Shown here in pieces: positions 27,996 through 37,995 of a stretch of 64,000 nt of DNA (positions within the stretch are counted from its first letter, which is position 1; each line of letters opens with the position of its first letter). The DNA lies in assembly GCA_934644775.1 (NCBI GenBank), contig CAKUDB010000008.1, forward strand, positions 10,459-74,458, read 5' to 3'. Source of the DNA: an uncultured bacterium (GTDB taxonomy: Bacteria; Vulcanimicrobiota; Xenobia; Xenobiales; Xenobiaceae). The translations under genes and the position numbers were made by a program. The notes beneath the pieces are model-generated. The model saw only the letters and a list, made by a program, of their open reading frames with translations. It was not told where the DNA came from and did no database searches.

Positions 27996-28048
27996 ATAAC
28001 GCACCAAATGGTTGGCAACTTTGGCAAGATGGTTGGCAACCGTTTTGG
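27996..28048. repeat. Intergenic repeat, copy A (related to 63493-63544)
   Basis: In my hand alignment, 41 of 53 positions are identical to copy B. Contains TTGGCAA three times. The arms ACCAAATGGTTG and CAACCGTTTTGGT can pair. Confidence 0.5.
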
Positions 28049-28068
28049 TAGCCTTTTAGTTATACAAG

Positions 28069-29484
28069 TTAAGCCGATAATTTTTGAGAGTTTTGGGAGG
28101 CTAACAATTTATCCTTAAGATCTTGGGAGAGCCACCAACCGGCGCAGAACATGGCAAAGATTATACTGCCACCTAAAATAGTTAGTAAGCTTAAAGACCA
28201 CCAAATAGATCTTATACCGTAACCAAAAGTAAAGACCATAGTATAACAAGCTGGTATACGCAATAAAGAGCAAGGGATACTGACACACATAGGAGGCAAA
28301 GTGCGCCCACCACCAGCAAAAACGCCCTCAGCGATACCACATAGGCCTGCAAAAGGCTGAGACCAAGCGATAATTTGCAAATAGCCCACCGCCGTAGTAA
28401 TTACATTCTTATCATTACTAAATAACGAAGCACACAGCTCGGGAAGGGTTAAAAATAATGTACATACAGCGATACTGACACATAAAGCCCAACCCATAGC
28501 CACCCAAGCAATCTTTTTAGCTCTGGCCACTCGTCCTGCTCCCAAATTTTGGCCAATCATAGTAATACAAGCTAAAGAAATACCAGAGCGAATCGTATAA
28601 TTGAGGCTCTCCAATCTGTGACCAATTCCCAAAGCGGCCATAGCTTCAGGGCCAAAATTGCTAATAACTGGGGCTATTGCCATATAGACAATACTAAAGA
28701 CAATAGAAGCTAAAGATAAGGGCAAACCTACAGCAACAACTCTACCTAAATAGTGCCAGTCTATCTTTGCTGCTCTAACTTTGGGTAACATAAAAAGATA
28801 GCCTGGTCGGGTAATCTTTATAATTAACAATATACAAACTACCCCAAAGGAGATATTGGAAGCGATAGCCGCCCCTAGAGCTCCCAATTTAGGTAAACCG
28901 ACTAATCCAAAAATAAATAAGGGATCCAAAATAAAATTCAGTACAAATCCGATAGAATAAATCTTTAAGGGCGTGCGGGTATCTCCATAGGCACGCATAA
29001 CGGCAGAGATACACTCATTGATACATACTGACGGAGCAAAGACGGCCAGCATACCCAAATAAGAATAACCAATATCGATAACTGCTGCAACATCTTCTTT
29101 ATTACCGACCATCCAGCCAAGAATATCGCGACCCCAGAAATATAAAACGACAAATTCCACAAATCCGGTAAAAATTGCCGCCATTAAACTTATTTGCACC
29201 CCTTCCAGGGCTTCTTGAGCTGCTTCCGGCCGTTTAGTCGCTTCTCCAAGTTTATTGGCGATTAAAGAATTGGTGCCGGTAGTGACGATTCCAGAAAGGG
29301 CAAACATAATCCAAATGGCGAAGCTAGACATATTTACAGAAGCTAAAGCCAATACTCCACTATGGCCTACCCAGATAGCATCAACTAAGCTAAACAAAGT
29401 AGAAAGAAACATCGAACCCAAAATAGGAATAGTTAATTTTATAAGAACTTTACTTACTGGGCCGTGCATCAAATCATTTTGCAT
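28069..29484 (-). CDS. MATE family efflux transporter
   Basis: About 12 hydrophobic segments. The N-terminal LIKLTIPILGSMFLSTLFSLVDAIWVG is typical of MatE. Confidence 0.85.
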   Translation of the reverse strand: MQNDLMHGPVSKVLIKLTIPILGSMFLSTLFSLVDAIWVGHSGVLALASVNMSSFAIWIMFALSGIVTTGTNSLIANKLGEATKRPEAAQEALEGVQISLMAAIFTGFVEFVVLYFWGRDILGWMVGNKEDVAAVIDIGYSYLGMLAVFAPSVCINECISAVMRAYGDTRTPLKIYSIGFVLNFILDPLFIFGLVGLPKLGALGAAIASNISFGVVCILLIIKITRPGYLFMLPKVRAAKIDWHYLGRVVAVGLPLSLASIVFSIVYMAIAPVISNFGPEAMAALGIGHRLESLNYTIRSGISLACITMIGQNLGAGRVARAKKIAWVAMGWALCVSIAVCTLFLTLPELCASLFSNDKNVITTAVGYLQIIAWSQPFAGLCGIAEGVFAGGGRTLPPMCVSIPCSLLRIPACYTMVFTFGYGIRSIWWSLSLLTILGGSIIFAMFCAGWWLSQDLKDKLLASQNSQKLSA

Positions 29485-29689
29485 ATAAAAAGACCTTTAA
29501 CCTGGGGAAAAAATCGCCCTAAACCGATAAAAGAAATAGTTTAGATACAAAAAATAAAATGTAACTAAGCCCCACCCCGAGCCCCATTAAACTTGTGATT
29601 ATAAACTCCTGTTGCCAGATTTTTAATGCCAAAACAACATTATAATTTCTAGGGAAAAGTCGCTCAATTTCGAAATATACACCTCAGTT

Positions 29690-30616
29690 ATGTCACTATC
29701 GAGCGCAGAAAAATTTTACATTATAATCAATCCTTCTGCAGGAGCAGGACGCAGTTTACGCAATTTGCCAGCCATTGCCGATTTTGCTCAAAAACATGAC
29801 GGTTCTATTTTAATTAGCCGCTATCCTGGCCATACTATCCAGTTGGCTAAATCAGTAGCTGCTAAAGGTAGACTTGTTTTTGCCGCCGGTGGAGACGATA
29901 CCGTTAGAGAAGTATTACAAGGGACTTATACTAGCAAATCTATTATCGGTATAATCCCCTTAGGAACTTTTAATAATTTAGCTACTAGTTTATATTTGCC
30001 CCCCCACCCTTTGGAATGTTTAAAGCTTTCGCTAGAAGGCGTCAATTGTCTAGTAGATGTAGGTAAAATAGAACAAGGCAAGTTATTCACCGAGAGTATC
30101 GGCATAGGGTTAGATTCATACGCTTGGTCGAAAGCGCCTACCCAAGAGCCGGTAGGTTTGTGGCGCTGGGTTAGGGGCATAAAGATTGGACTCAGTTCAC
30201 TTTTAGATTTTACGCCCCAAAATTATCGCCTAGAAATAGACGGCCGCCTCTTAAAGATGCACGACGTTATGCAAATAACTGTAGCCAACTCGCGCTGTTA
30301 CTGTTCTGGTATCCAGATTGCCCCCAATGCCAAAATGAACGATGGCTTACTCGATATATGTATAATTTCCCGTATGAGTAAATTAAAATTTTTGGCCATG
30401 ACACCTATTTTTTATTTTGGCAAACATATTAACAACTCAACTAGCGTCCATTATATTCAAGCCCACAAAATAGGTATTAGCGGATCCTCTTCAGTGCCCA
30501 TTCGGGTAGATGGTATGCTAACTTCTCAAACTTTGCCTATAAAAGCTACCGCTATTAGTAATAGCCTGACTATACGTATACCTACATTTTGCCGACATAC
30601 GGCCAGCTTGCAGTAA
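29690..30616 (+). CDS. YegS/BmrU-type lipid (diacylglycerol) kinase family protein
   Basis: IIINPSAGAGRS, then AAGGDDTVREV (GGDGT-like motif) and IPLGTFNNLA. Confidence 0.8.
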   Translation: MSLSSAEKFYIIINPSAGAGRSLRNLPAIADFAQKHDGSILISRYPGHTIQLAKSVAAKGRLVFAAGGDDTVREVLQGTYTSKSIIGIIPLGTFNNLATSLYLPPHPLECLKLSLEGVNCLVDVGKIEQGKLFTESIGIGLDSYAWSKAPTQEPVGLWRWVRGIKIGLSSLLDFTPQNYRLEIDGRLLKMHDVMQITVANSRCYCSGIQIAPNAKMNDGLLDICIISRMSKLKFLAMTPIFYFGKHINNSTSVHYIQAHKIGISGSSSVPIRVDGMLTSQTLPIKATAISNSLTIRIPTFCRHTASLQ

Positions 30617-30708
30617 AAATAGACACCACTTGTTAGTAGTTTACTACCTTCTCTGCCTACTGGCCTTACCGTCAAGTTTATATAATTACAAAACTAAATG
30701 TAAAAAAG

Positions 30709-31650
30709 CTAAAGAACTCGCTTAGCTCCCAAATAACGTGCTTTAAAGTAACTCTCTTCCAAGCTGCTGACTCTAACATAGCCTGAAGAAGAAGCGTGAA
30801 TAAATTCACCATTACCCAAATATATGCCCACATGAGAAGCTCCAGGAGCATAAGTTTCGAAAAAGACCATATCGCCAGGAGCTTCACCGCCAAAAGAGAC
30901 GGCCCGCCCTTCATTAAACTGGATATCGGCAGTACGAGGTAAATTTATACCTACTTGTCCATAGACATATTGGACATAGCCAGAGCAATCGAAACCAGAA
31001 GGCGTACTTCCACCCCAAACGTAAGGTACTCCCATATAGCTTCTAGCCTTATTCAAAAGACTATTAACTCTGGCAGAAGAAGGGGTATTAGCCACCATGT
31101 CTTCTTCATCTTCGTCAACGGGAGGAACGTAATTGGGAATTTTGACTACTTTACCGTCAGAACCGATAGCTATACTGTAACTGGGAGCCGGATTGGAAGC
31201 ACGATTGTAAGAGCGACGTTTTTTCTTTTTGGATTTCTGGGCAACTTGATTAGTTTGCTTACTTACAGAAGGGCTAACAGCTAAGAGATCGCTACCATTA
31301 TTGTCAATTTTGACAACTTCAGGAGAAGGAGCACTCTGAGCGACCGCAGTCTCAACTTTAGTAGGCAGAGGCTTAACTTCCGGATCGATAGGAATTAGCA
31401 AAATAGCCCCAGTTTGTAGCCCCTTTTGATCGACAATCGTGTTGGCGTTGATTCGTAGAACTTCTTTAGGGTCGACACTATAACGCGAAGCAATAGAGTA
31501 AATAGTGTCCCCTCTAACTACTTCGTAATATTTATAAACTATGTGCGCTTGCACAGAAGAAGCAGCTAACCCAAAACTTAGGCTACAAATTGCTGCCGCA
31601 GCCAAAGCCCCGCGGCCCGCTCTCTTAAATAAGGAATATACTCTTTCCAT
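30709..31650 (-). CDS. LysM + NlpC/P60 peptidoglycan endopeptidase
   Basis: LysM (YEVVRGDTIYSIASRY) and NlpC/P60 (YVWGGSTPSGFDCSGYV ... HVGIYLGNGEFIHAS). I prefer the ATG at 31650, because the TTG at 31686 lies inside the upstream terminator stem. Confidence 0.85.
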   Translation of the reverse strand: MERVYSLFKRAGRGALAAAAICSLSFGLAASSVQAHIVYKYYEVVRGDTIYSIASRYSVDPKEVLRINANTIVDQKGLQTGAILLIPIDPEVKPLPTKVETAVAQSAPSPEVVKIDNNGSDLLAVSPSVSKQTNQVAQKSKKKKRRSYNRASNPAPSYSIAIGSDGKVVKIPNYVPPVDEDEEDMVANTPSSARVNSLLNKARSYMGVPYVWGGSTPSGFDCSGYVQYVYGQVGINLPRTADIQFNEGRAVSFGGEAPGDMVFFETYAPGASHVGIYLGNGEFIHASSSGYVRVSSLEESYFKARYLGAKRVL

Positions 31651-31671
31651 TATTTGGCTTCTGTCCCTACC

Positions 31672-31738
31672 AAAAAAAATAAGCAAGACCGAAGCTATAA
31701 CGGTTGCTTTAAAGCAACTCGTCTTGAAGCCTCGGTCT
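31672..31738 (-). terminator. Rho-independent terminator after the NfnAB-like pair
   Basis: 10-bp stem (31729-31738 with 31686-31695). It contains a G-U only on the minus strand and a nested GTTGC/GCAAC hairpin. UGCUUAUUUUUUUU follows on the minus strand. Confidence 0.7.
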
Positions 31739-31766
31739 CGGATAGTTCAACTTACTACTAGAGTAA

Positions 31767-33263
31767 CTACTTATTGCTCAATAATTCATTGATGGAGCGA
31801 GCCGCACGACGGCCTTCACCCATAGCCAAAATTACGGTAGCAGCACCCAGAACAATATCTCCTCCAGCGTAAACTTTATCTAAGCTGGTCTTACCGGTAG
31901 CTTCTTCTACGATAACGTTACCCTTCTTGTTAAGCTCTAAACCAGGAGTGGCCGAAGTAAGCAACGGATTAGAGCGGTTGCCAATAGCCACCAAGACGGT
32001 ATCGCACTCTAATTCGTAGGTATCGCCTTCAATCTTGATAGGGCTGCGACGGCCACTAGCATCGGGCTCACCCAATTCGTAGCGCTGTACGGTGACAGAC
32101 TTTACCCGACCTTGCTCGTCGCCATTGATAGCGCAAGCATTTTGCAAGAAGCAAAAACGAATACCCTCTTCAAAGGCGTGCTCAACCTCTTCGCGACGGG
32201 CAGGCATCTCCTGACGGCTGCGGCGATAAAGTACTGTAACCTCTTCAGCTCCGAGCCGCTTAGCCATACGGCAAGAGTCCATAGCCACGTTGCCGCCACC
32301 CAAAACGACAACCTTCTTAGAGTTGTACATAGGAGTATCGTTGCGACCAGGATAGATTCCGCCCATTAAATTGGCTCGAGTTAAGTATTCGTTGGCGGTG
32401 CAAACGCCGATCAAGTCTTCTCCAGGAATACCCATAAAGATAGGCAAACCGGCACCGACGCCAATAAAAGCAGCTTCAAAGCCATCTTTTTCAAAGAGGT
32501 CTTGGATAGTGCGAGTGCGACCGACTACATAATCGGTATGGAATTGGACGCCCATCTTTACCAAAGAGTCGATTTGCTCATCAACTACATGCTTAGGCAA
32601 ACGAAACTCGGGAATACCGTAGCGCAATACGCCGCCCAATTTGTGCAAAGCTTCAAAAACGTGAACTTCATGGCCTTGGCGGCGACAATCGGCAGCTACC
32701 ACCAAACCGGCAGGGCCCGAACCGATAACAGCAACTTTATGGCCGCTTTCAGGCTTAACCTCTAAGGCACCCTCGCTGTGCGAAGTATGCCAGTCGGCTA
32801 AGAAGCGCTCAACTTTACCAATAGAAACGGATTGAGCCACATCTTTGTGGGCTTTACCAATCATACAATTCTGCTGGCACTGACGCTCTTGGGGACAAAC
32901 GCGACCACAAATGGCAGGTAACAAACTCGATTCTTGAATAACAGCAATGGCTTTGTCGAAATTGCCTTCGGCGGCCGCATGGAGGAAGCCGGGAATATCG
33001 ATACCTACAGGGCAACCTTTTACACAATTAGGATTCTTGCACTGCAAACAACGGCGGCTCTCTACTATAGCCTGAGCAGGCGAGAAGGTCTTCTCTACTT
33101 CATCTTGCCACTGGGAGCGCTGCAAAGGATCTAAGACGGCCGGCTTTTGCAAAGGGATAGCCATGCGATCTCTGGGAGTTAAACTTCCCTTCTCTTCCAA
33201 TTTGTGCAAAATATCTAAAGCTTCTTGCTCAAGAATTTGAGGATCTTTATGAAAACGAGGCAT
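31767..33263 (-). CDS. NADPH-dependent oxidoreductase large subunit (GltD/SudA/NfnB family) with two [4Fe-4S] motifs
   Basis: CLQCKNPNCVKGCPV and CGRVCPQERQCQQNC cysteine clusters. GSGPAGL and GGGNVAMD dinucleotide-binding motifs. Confidence 0.8.
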   Translation of the reverse strand: MPRFHKDPQILEQEALDILHKLEEKGSLTPRDRMAIPLQKPAVLDPLQRSQWQDEVEKTFSPAQAIVESRRCLQCKNPNCVKGCPVGIDIPGFLHAAAEGNFDKAIAVIQESSLLPAICGRVCPQERQCQQNCMIGKAHKDVAQSVSIGKVERFLADWHTSHSEGALEVKPESGHKVAVIGSGPAGLVVAADCRRQGHEVHVFEALHKLGGVLRYGIPEFRLPKHVVDEQIDSLVKMGVQFHTDYVVGRTRTIQDLFEKDGFEAAFIGVGAGLPIFMGIPGEDLIGVCTANEYLTRANLMGGIYPGRNDTPMYNSKKVVVLGGGNVAMDSCRMAKRLGAEEVTVLYRRSRQEMPARREEVEHAFEEGIRFCFLQNACAINGDEQGRVKSVTVQRYELGEPDASGRRSPIKIEGDTYELECDTVLVAIGNRSNPLLTSATPGLELNKKGNVIVEEATGKTSLDKVYAGGDIVLGAATVILAMGEGRRAARSINELLSNK

Positions 33264-33344
33264 TATAAACTCTCCTTAGGTGAACTTATTGCTGTATAGG
33301 ACGCCTTCGTATAAGCGAATAGGCGGTTCCAACATCAGAGCCAG

Positions 33345-34259
33345 CTATATTTCCCCGGCTTCATGCATTTCTTTAACTACAGCTCTGAAGCGGCAAGTAT
33401 GCTCTCGAGCTTTAGTCTCTTGCTCTTTAAATGCGTTCAAACGCTTGAGCATATTATCGAAATCTACCAAGTGAGCGTCAAATTCAGGGCCGTCTACGCA
33501 GACAAATTTAATTTGACCATCTACAGTGACGCGGCAGCATCCGCACATACCAGTACCGTCAATCATAATAGTATTGAGACTGACTAAAGTCTTAACATCG
33601 AAAGGCTTGGTAGTTAAAGCACAGAACTTCATCATTACGGGCGGGCCGATAGCGACAACCAAATCCGGCTTCTCTGCCTCGTTGGCACAAAGCTCCTTCA
33701 AAGGCTCAGTAACTAAGGCTTTGCGACCGTAAGAGCCATCGTCGGTGACAACGATATATTCATCGGCTATAGCTTTCATTTCATCTTCCAAGATAAGTAA
33801 GCCCTTGTTGCGAGCTCCGGCAATAACTGTAACATGGTTGCCTAAAGCCTTTAATCCACAAACGATAGGATAGAGAGGGGCTAAACCTATTCCTCCGCCT
33901 ACGGCCACTACCTTACCAAATTTCTCTAAGTCGGTAGGCTTACCGAGAGGGCCAGCAATGACGGGAATATAATCGCCGACTTCAAAATGGCTCAATTCTT
34001 CAGTAGATTTACCTACGACTTGGAAAATTAAAGTAATAGTCCCAGCTTCTTTATCGGTGTCGGCAACGGTTAAAGGTACACGCTCGCCGTAATCGACGTC
34101 GGTTTGCAAAATAATGAACTGGCCCGGCTTATGCTCTTGGGCAATCAGCTCGGCCTCTACGCGCATACGTACAACGTTCTCTGACAAGAACTCTTTATAT
34201 ACAATCTTATGCCCTTTGCGAGGGGCAGCAGAACCGACGATATTAGTCAAATCACTCAT
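33345..34259 (-). CDS. Ferredoxin-NADP reductase-like small subunit (SudB/NfnA family; FAD, [2Fe-2S])
   Basis: PGQFIIL, GGGIGLAPL and a C-terminal CGCCRV cluster motif. Immediately upstream of the large subunit. Confidence 0.8.
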   Translation of the reverse strand: MSDLTNIVGSAAPRKGHKIVYKEFLSENVVRMRVEAELIAQEHKPGQFIILQTDVDYGERVPLTVADTDKEAGTITLIFQVVGKSTEELSHFEVGDYIPVIAGPLGKPTDLEKFGKVVAVGGGIGLAPLYPIVCGLKALGNHVTVIAGARNKGLLILEDEMKAIADEYIVVTDDGSYGRKALVTEPLKELCANEAEKPDLVVAIGPPVMMKFCALTTKPFDVKTLVSLNTIMIDGTGMCGCCRVTVDGQIKFVCVDGPEFDAHLVDFDNMLKRLNAFKEQETKAREHTCRFRAVVKEMHEAGEI

Positions 34260-34420
34260 GCTTTAAATCTCTCAAAACCGCCAAGGTAGAATTAGCAATC
34301 GAATCTCTAAAAACTGCCAAAAGTCAACAGCGCCTAGAGATCCAAACTCCTAACTATTTTGCCAAAAGAGATAAATAGCCTCCTTTTAAGACTTAAGTAT
34401 TAAAAAAACTTAGAATTACA

Positions 34421-34473
34421 AAAAAAAAACGACCTCCGCTTCCTCAAACAATAAAAGTAGAGTAAAAGCGGAG
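34421..34473 (-). terminator. Rho-independent terminator of the SPFH pair
   Basis: Stem CTCCGCTT (34434-34441) with AAGCGGAG (34466-34473), followed by a U10 run on the minus strand. Confidence 0.7.
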
Positions 34474-34517
34474 ATCGCTCTTTAGCTTACGGTTGGCCAG
34501 CAACCTAATAGTAGCTT

Positions 34518-35489
34518 CTAGAAAGTAATTTCCATAGAGCCGGTCTTGGAGTCTTGAGAATTAGCCTTAGGGACGACATAATTGCCACTAATTTGCTTCA
34601 TATTTTCTACAGTCATCATAGAGCGGGCAATATCGGTATTGCTTCCAGCTGGGATAATGGAAATATTGGCCTGACCTTTCAAAATTCTTTCAGTTTCCAA
34701 AATTTCGAAAAGGGCGCTGGCCACTTCGTTGTCTTTAGAAATTTCTTCCAAAGCTTTACCTACAATTTCGGGGCGAATAGCCGCAGCGCGGGCAAATTCG
34801 ATAGCCGATTTGCGATCGGCTTCGGAGCGAATAACGCTGACTCGGTTATTGCCATCTTGTTTAATGGCAGCGGTTACTTGGCGCAGACGATTGACAACTT
34901 TTTCCTCAATTTGGGCAATCATTCTTCTATCGCGGAAATGTACATTACGAATGTAAACAGAACCGAGGCGATACCCCCATTCGTCGGAGCGAGGAGAGAC
35001 TTCCTGACGCACGGCCCGACTCATGGCATGACGATCTTCCATCATATCGGCCAAAGTAAGGTTAGAAAGGCAGCGTACAGTAGCATTGCTGACGTTGGCT
35101 CGCAAAGAACCTTCTGGATCGGTATTTTCGAAGCGATACTTAACAGGATCGGAGACCATCATTTCGTACCAAACACCAATACCCATAGGAGCGCCTTCTT
35201 CGGAGTTTACCGGCAAACTGCGAAGGTAGCATTGGTCTAAACTGGTATCGACTACAATATCCTCACCCACAAAATTAAAAAGAAGAGCATCAACCAAAGA
35301 CATAGATGACACCAAAGCGTGGATACCCGGCTCATCGAAACGAGCCTTAACATCACCGAATAATTTTAAGATGTGAGACTCGCGTTCATTTACGATAACG
35401 TAAGGCCAGAAAAACTTGACTATATAAGGCAACAATTCAAAAAATAAGGCTGAAACGATGAACGCAGCGATGAATGAAGTAAAAAACAC
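34518..35489 (-). CDS. SPFH/band-7 domain membrane protein
   Basis: N-terminal TM segment, then an SPFH-like core and a coiled-coil tail. The GTG at 35489 has AGGAGG 10 nt upstream. The track start is a TTG at 35519 that overlaps the upstream gene. Confidence 0.75.
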   Translation of the reverse strand: MFFTSFIAAFIVSALFFELLPYIVKFFWPYVIVNERESHILKLFGDVKARFDEPGIHALVSSMSLVDALLFNFVGEDIVVDTSLDQCYLRSLPVNSEEGAPMGIGVWYEMMVSDPVKYRFENTDPEGSLRANVSNATVRCLSNLTLADMMEDRHAMSRAVRQEVSPRSDEWGYRLGSVYIRNVHFRDRRMIAQIEEKVVNRLRQVTAAIKQDGNNRVSVIRSEADRKSAIEFARAAAIRPEIVGKALEEISKDNEVASALFEILETERILKGQANISIIPAGSNTDIARSMMTVENMKQISGNYVVPKANSQDSKTGSMEITF

Positions 35490-35496
35490 TCGCCTA

Positions 35497-36489
35497 CTAC
35501 CTCCTGTCTTCCAACACAATATTGCTAGCTCTGCTTAAAAGACCAAGCTTTACATTGCGCAAATAGGCATATAACCCGCCACGGTCACGCAATGACTTGA
35601 GACGAGCAGAAAGCTGGCGCAAAGGCTCAACTTCAGCTTGAGCTTTGAGAGTCTGAATCTCCACAGCTCTCTTAGATTGAACGATAGTCTGGTCGGCATC
35701 GGCTTGAGCGACACTTATATCGGAAGAAACTTCGTTGTGAGCCGTATTGATAGCTGCCAAAGCTTGTTCTACACAATCGGGAGGATCAATATTAGTAATT
35801 AAAGCAGCCTCAAAAACTATACCGTAACGAGAAGCAGAGTCGGCGCACTCCTTCTCCATGTGGTCGTTGATGTCTTGTAAATTTTTACGTAAGTCGTTAA
35901 TAGAAATACCTTCCACATTTTTGTGTAAAGGATCTTCCTCTTCTTCGAGCATAGGATTCTTGGGAGCTTCATAGTTGGCGATCTTTTCACGCAAAACTGA
36001 ATGGAAGAATCCCATTACATGGGCGATAGGATTTCTGATACCGAAAAGATAGGCATAAAGGTTGTCTTCAGAAATACGAAAACGAATCTGACCAGAGATT
36101 CTGGTGTTGAGCTGGTCCTTGGTGACAGCATTTAAAGCAGCACTTTGACTTCTGGGATTAGAAGGATCAAAACCAATATCGACTGTCTGAGTAGCGATAG
36201 AGACCCGCCTTACTTCTTCCCAAGGCCACTTAAAATGGAGTCCAGGCCCTATAACATCTAACTTCGGATATTTATAGCGTTCCTCCTCATTATCTAGATC
36301 GTCTCGTTTGTCAGTACGGGAGAAATCAGTGCTGGCGAAACTACCACCGGCATCATCTCTGCGTCTGGCTCTACCAAAAAATATTTTTACAGCGCGCTCG
36401 TTAGGATCGATAGTATAGACGCCCAAAATAATCTTTATACAAAGATAAGCGACTATACCCAATAATGCGCCCAAACCGGCTTCAAACAT
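35497..36489 (-). CDS. SPFH/band-7 domain membrane protein with an acidic insertion
   Basis: N-terminal TM segment, PNERAVKIFFG, GPGLHFKWPWE, and a C-terminal coiled coil (QADADQTIVQSKRAVEIQTLKAQAE). Confidence 0.75.
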   Translation of the reverse strand: MFEAGLGALLGIVAYLCIKIILGVYTIDPNERAVKIFFGRARRRDDAGGSFASTDFSRTDKRDDLDNEEERYKYPKLDVIGPGLHFKWPWEEVRRVSIATQTVDIGFDPSNPRSQSAALNAVTKDQLNTRISGQIRFRISEDNLYAYLFGIRNPIAHVMGFFHSVLREKIANYEAPKNPMLEEEEDPLHKNVEGISINDLRKNLQDINDHMEKECADSASRYGIVFEAALITNIDPPDCVEQALAAINTAHNEVSSDISVAQADADQTIVQSKRAVEIQTLKAQAEVEPLRQLSARLKSLRDRGGLYAYLRNVKLGLLSRASNIVLEDRR

Positions 36490-36762
36490 TATTTTTCCTC
36501 CTGACCTGAGTTTTAATTATACTGTATTTACAAGTATAGCTTAAATACAAGCGACGATCGCCCTGGGGCCAAAAGCCGCCGTCAGGGCTGCTAACTTGAA
36601 AATAAGGAGACTACACTAATACATTAGAGATATATTAGCAAATTTTTTTAGCTAAAAATAGACCTAAAAAAGGAATTGCCTAACCTTAAACTACTTAGGT
36701 AGGGGAAAAAAGCGGATGTGGCAAACTTACCCAGCCAAGATACCGTTTCATAATGTTGGAGC

Positions 36763-37182
36763 ATGAATAAGTTAAATATGACTATTAAGAATCAAGTCGC
36801 AATTTCTGACAACGAACCTTTGCATATTCAGGAATTAGTTCCGGGATCGGTATGCAGACTGATAATTGCCGCTTACGATCACCGCCACGTCAGTAATGAC
36901 ACGAAAGCTACCCCTAACAAACAAGGCGTAGCCATAGATCAAGCAGAGTTGATCGCCAAAATAACTGCCATGCTGGAAGCCAATGCTATAGAAGTAGCCG
37001 ATATAGAGCTCTTTACCCACACGGACGAAGGCTTTTCAGCTCTTATTTATGCCGATTATCGCATTACCGACAGCCCCGATTTGGCAGCTCTGCGCAGCAA
37101 AATTAAGGAAGAAGGCCATAAGTTAGGCTTGAGTATCAGAATGCAGCGCTCTGAACTATTTTCGTACATGCACCGCATTTAA
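36763..37182 (+). CDS. Hypothetical small protein, possibly ACT-like
   Basis: A beta-alpha-beta-like C-terminal half (FSALIYADYRITDSPDLAALRSKIKEEGHKLGLSIRMQ). The assignment is weak. Confidence 0.4.
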   Translation: MNKLNMTIKNQVAISDNEPLHIQELVPGSVCRLIIAAYDHRHVSNDTKATPNKQGVAIDQAELIAKITAMLEANAIEVADIELFTHTDEGFSALIYADYRITDSPDLAALRSKIKEEGHKLGLSIRMQRSELFSYMHRI

Positions 37183-37192
37183 TCGATCCAGG

Positions 37193-37870
37193 ATGTTAAA
37201 GAATCCACCCAGTTACTTTCCAGCAGAATTTCCCTATTTTAGCGATTCTCAAGTAAAGACTTATCTGGACGATCATGCGGTTAAGCTTTTGCGCGGTATA
37301 GAGGCACCCAGAGCTACTTTACGCCAGTTAAAATGTGGCCTAGTTTCCAAAGACTTTCTAGATTGCTCTCCAATTTATCGAGCAACTTTAGGCTGTTGGC
37401 TCTTACGTAGAGAATTTAATATTTATCAACGACTAAAGGGCATTGATGGTATTGCTCAGCATGTTTCTATGCCTCATAAAAGAGTGTTGTGTATGGATTT
37501 TTTGCAAGGCGGTCGCGATCTTAAAGATATAGCCCCTAATGAATTGCCACTTAGCGCTTTAGCACAGCTAAGCAATATTATTAAAGAGATCCACTCCCGA
37601 GGGGTTATCCATTTTGACATAGGTCATGATAGTAACGGAGAATATGGACGAGAGACTAATATCCTCTGGAAAGATAATAAAATATATATTATCGATTTTG
37701 CCGGCTCAATTTGTGGCTTACCTAAACCGCTATTTGACTTACTAGCCGTTTACGATCTTATGGCTCTAGTTAAGGTGATCCGTAAATTTTTTCCCCAAGA
37801 AAAAATTGATCCTCGTTGGTTGCCTACTCCCCAGCAAGAAAGATGGTTACGCTTTTTACATAAGCTCTAA
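37193..37870 (+). CDS. Small RIO/Kdo-kinase-like protein kinase fold with an atypical catalytic loop
   Basis: VSKDF (beta3 Lys), REFNIYQRL (alphaC Glu), HSRGVIHFDIGHDSNGEYGRETNILW (HxD ... N with an insertion) and YIIDFAGS (DFG-like). Confidence 0.5.
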   Translation: MLKNPPSYFPAEFPYFSDSQVKTYLDDHAVKLLRGIEAPRATLRQLKCGLVSKDFLDCSPIYRATLGCWLLRREFNIYQRLKGIDGIAQHVSMPHKRVLCMDFLQGGRDLKDIAPNELPLSALAQLSNIIKEIHSRGVIHFDIGHDSNGEYGRETNILWKDNKIYIIDFAGSICGLPKPLFDLLAVYDLMALVKVIRKFFPQEKIDPRWLPTPQQERWLRFLHKL

Positions 37871-37904
37871 AAAATCGGGCCTATCTTTCTAAAACTAGCG
37901 CTTT

Positions 37905-37965
37905 TACAAAAAAATAGCCCCTCAAAGTAGCCGATTTAGGCCAAAAAGTGAGGGGCTATTTTTTA
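37905..37965. terminator. Bidirectional Rho-independent terminator
   Basis: 11-bp perfect stem, ATAGCCCCTCA (37914-37924) with TGAGGGGCTAT (37949-37959). A7 upstream and T6 downstream. Confidence 0.8.
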
Positions 37966-37995
37966 GCTAAGCCTTGGCTTTAGACCGAGCTGTCT

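Noticed and set aside
34554-35240. 228-aa + strand ORF inside the SPFH gene. Similar antisense ORFs occur at 8119-8547, 10100-10516, 19849-20260, 25352-25750, 39140-39466, 40008-40337, 51962-52288 and 58902-59482.
   Set aside because: Each is nested antisense or out of frame within a longer ORF that has recognisable homology. None has a start context I could support.
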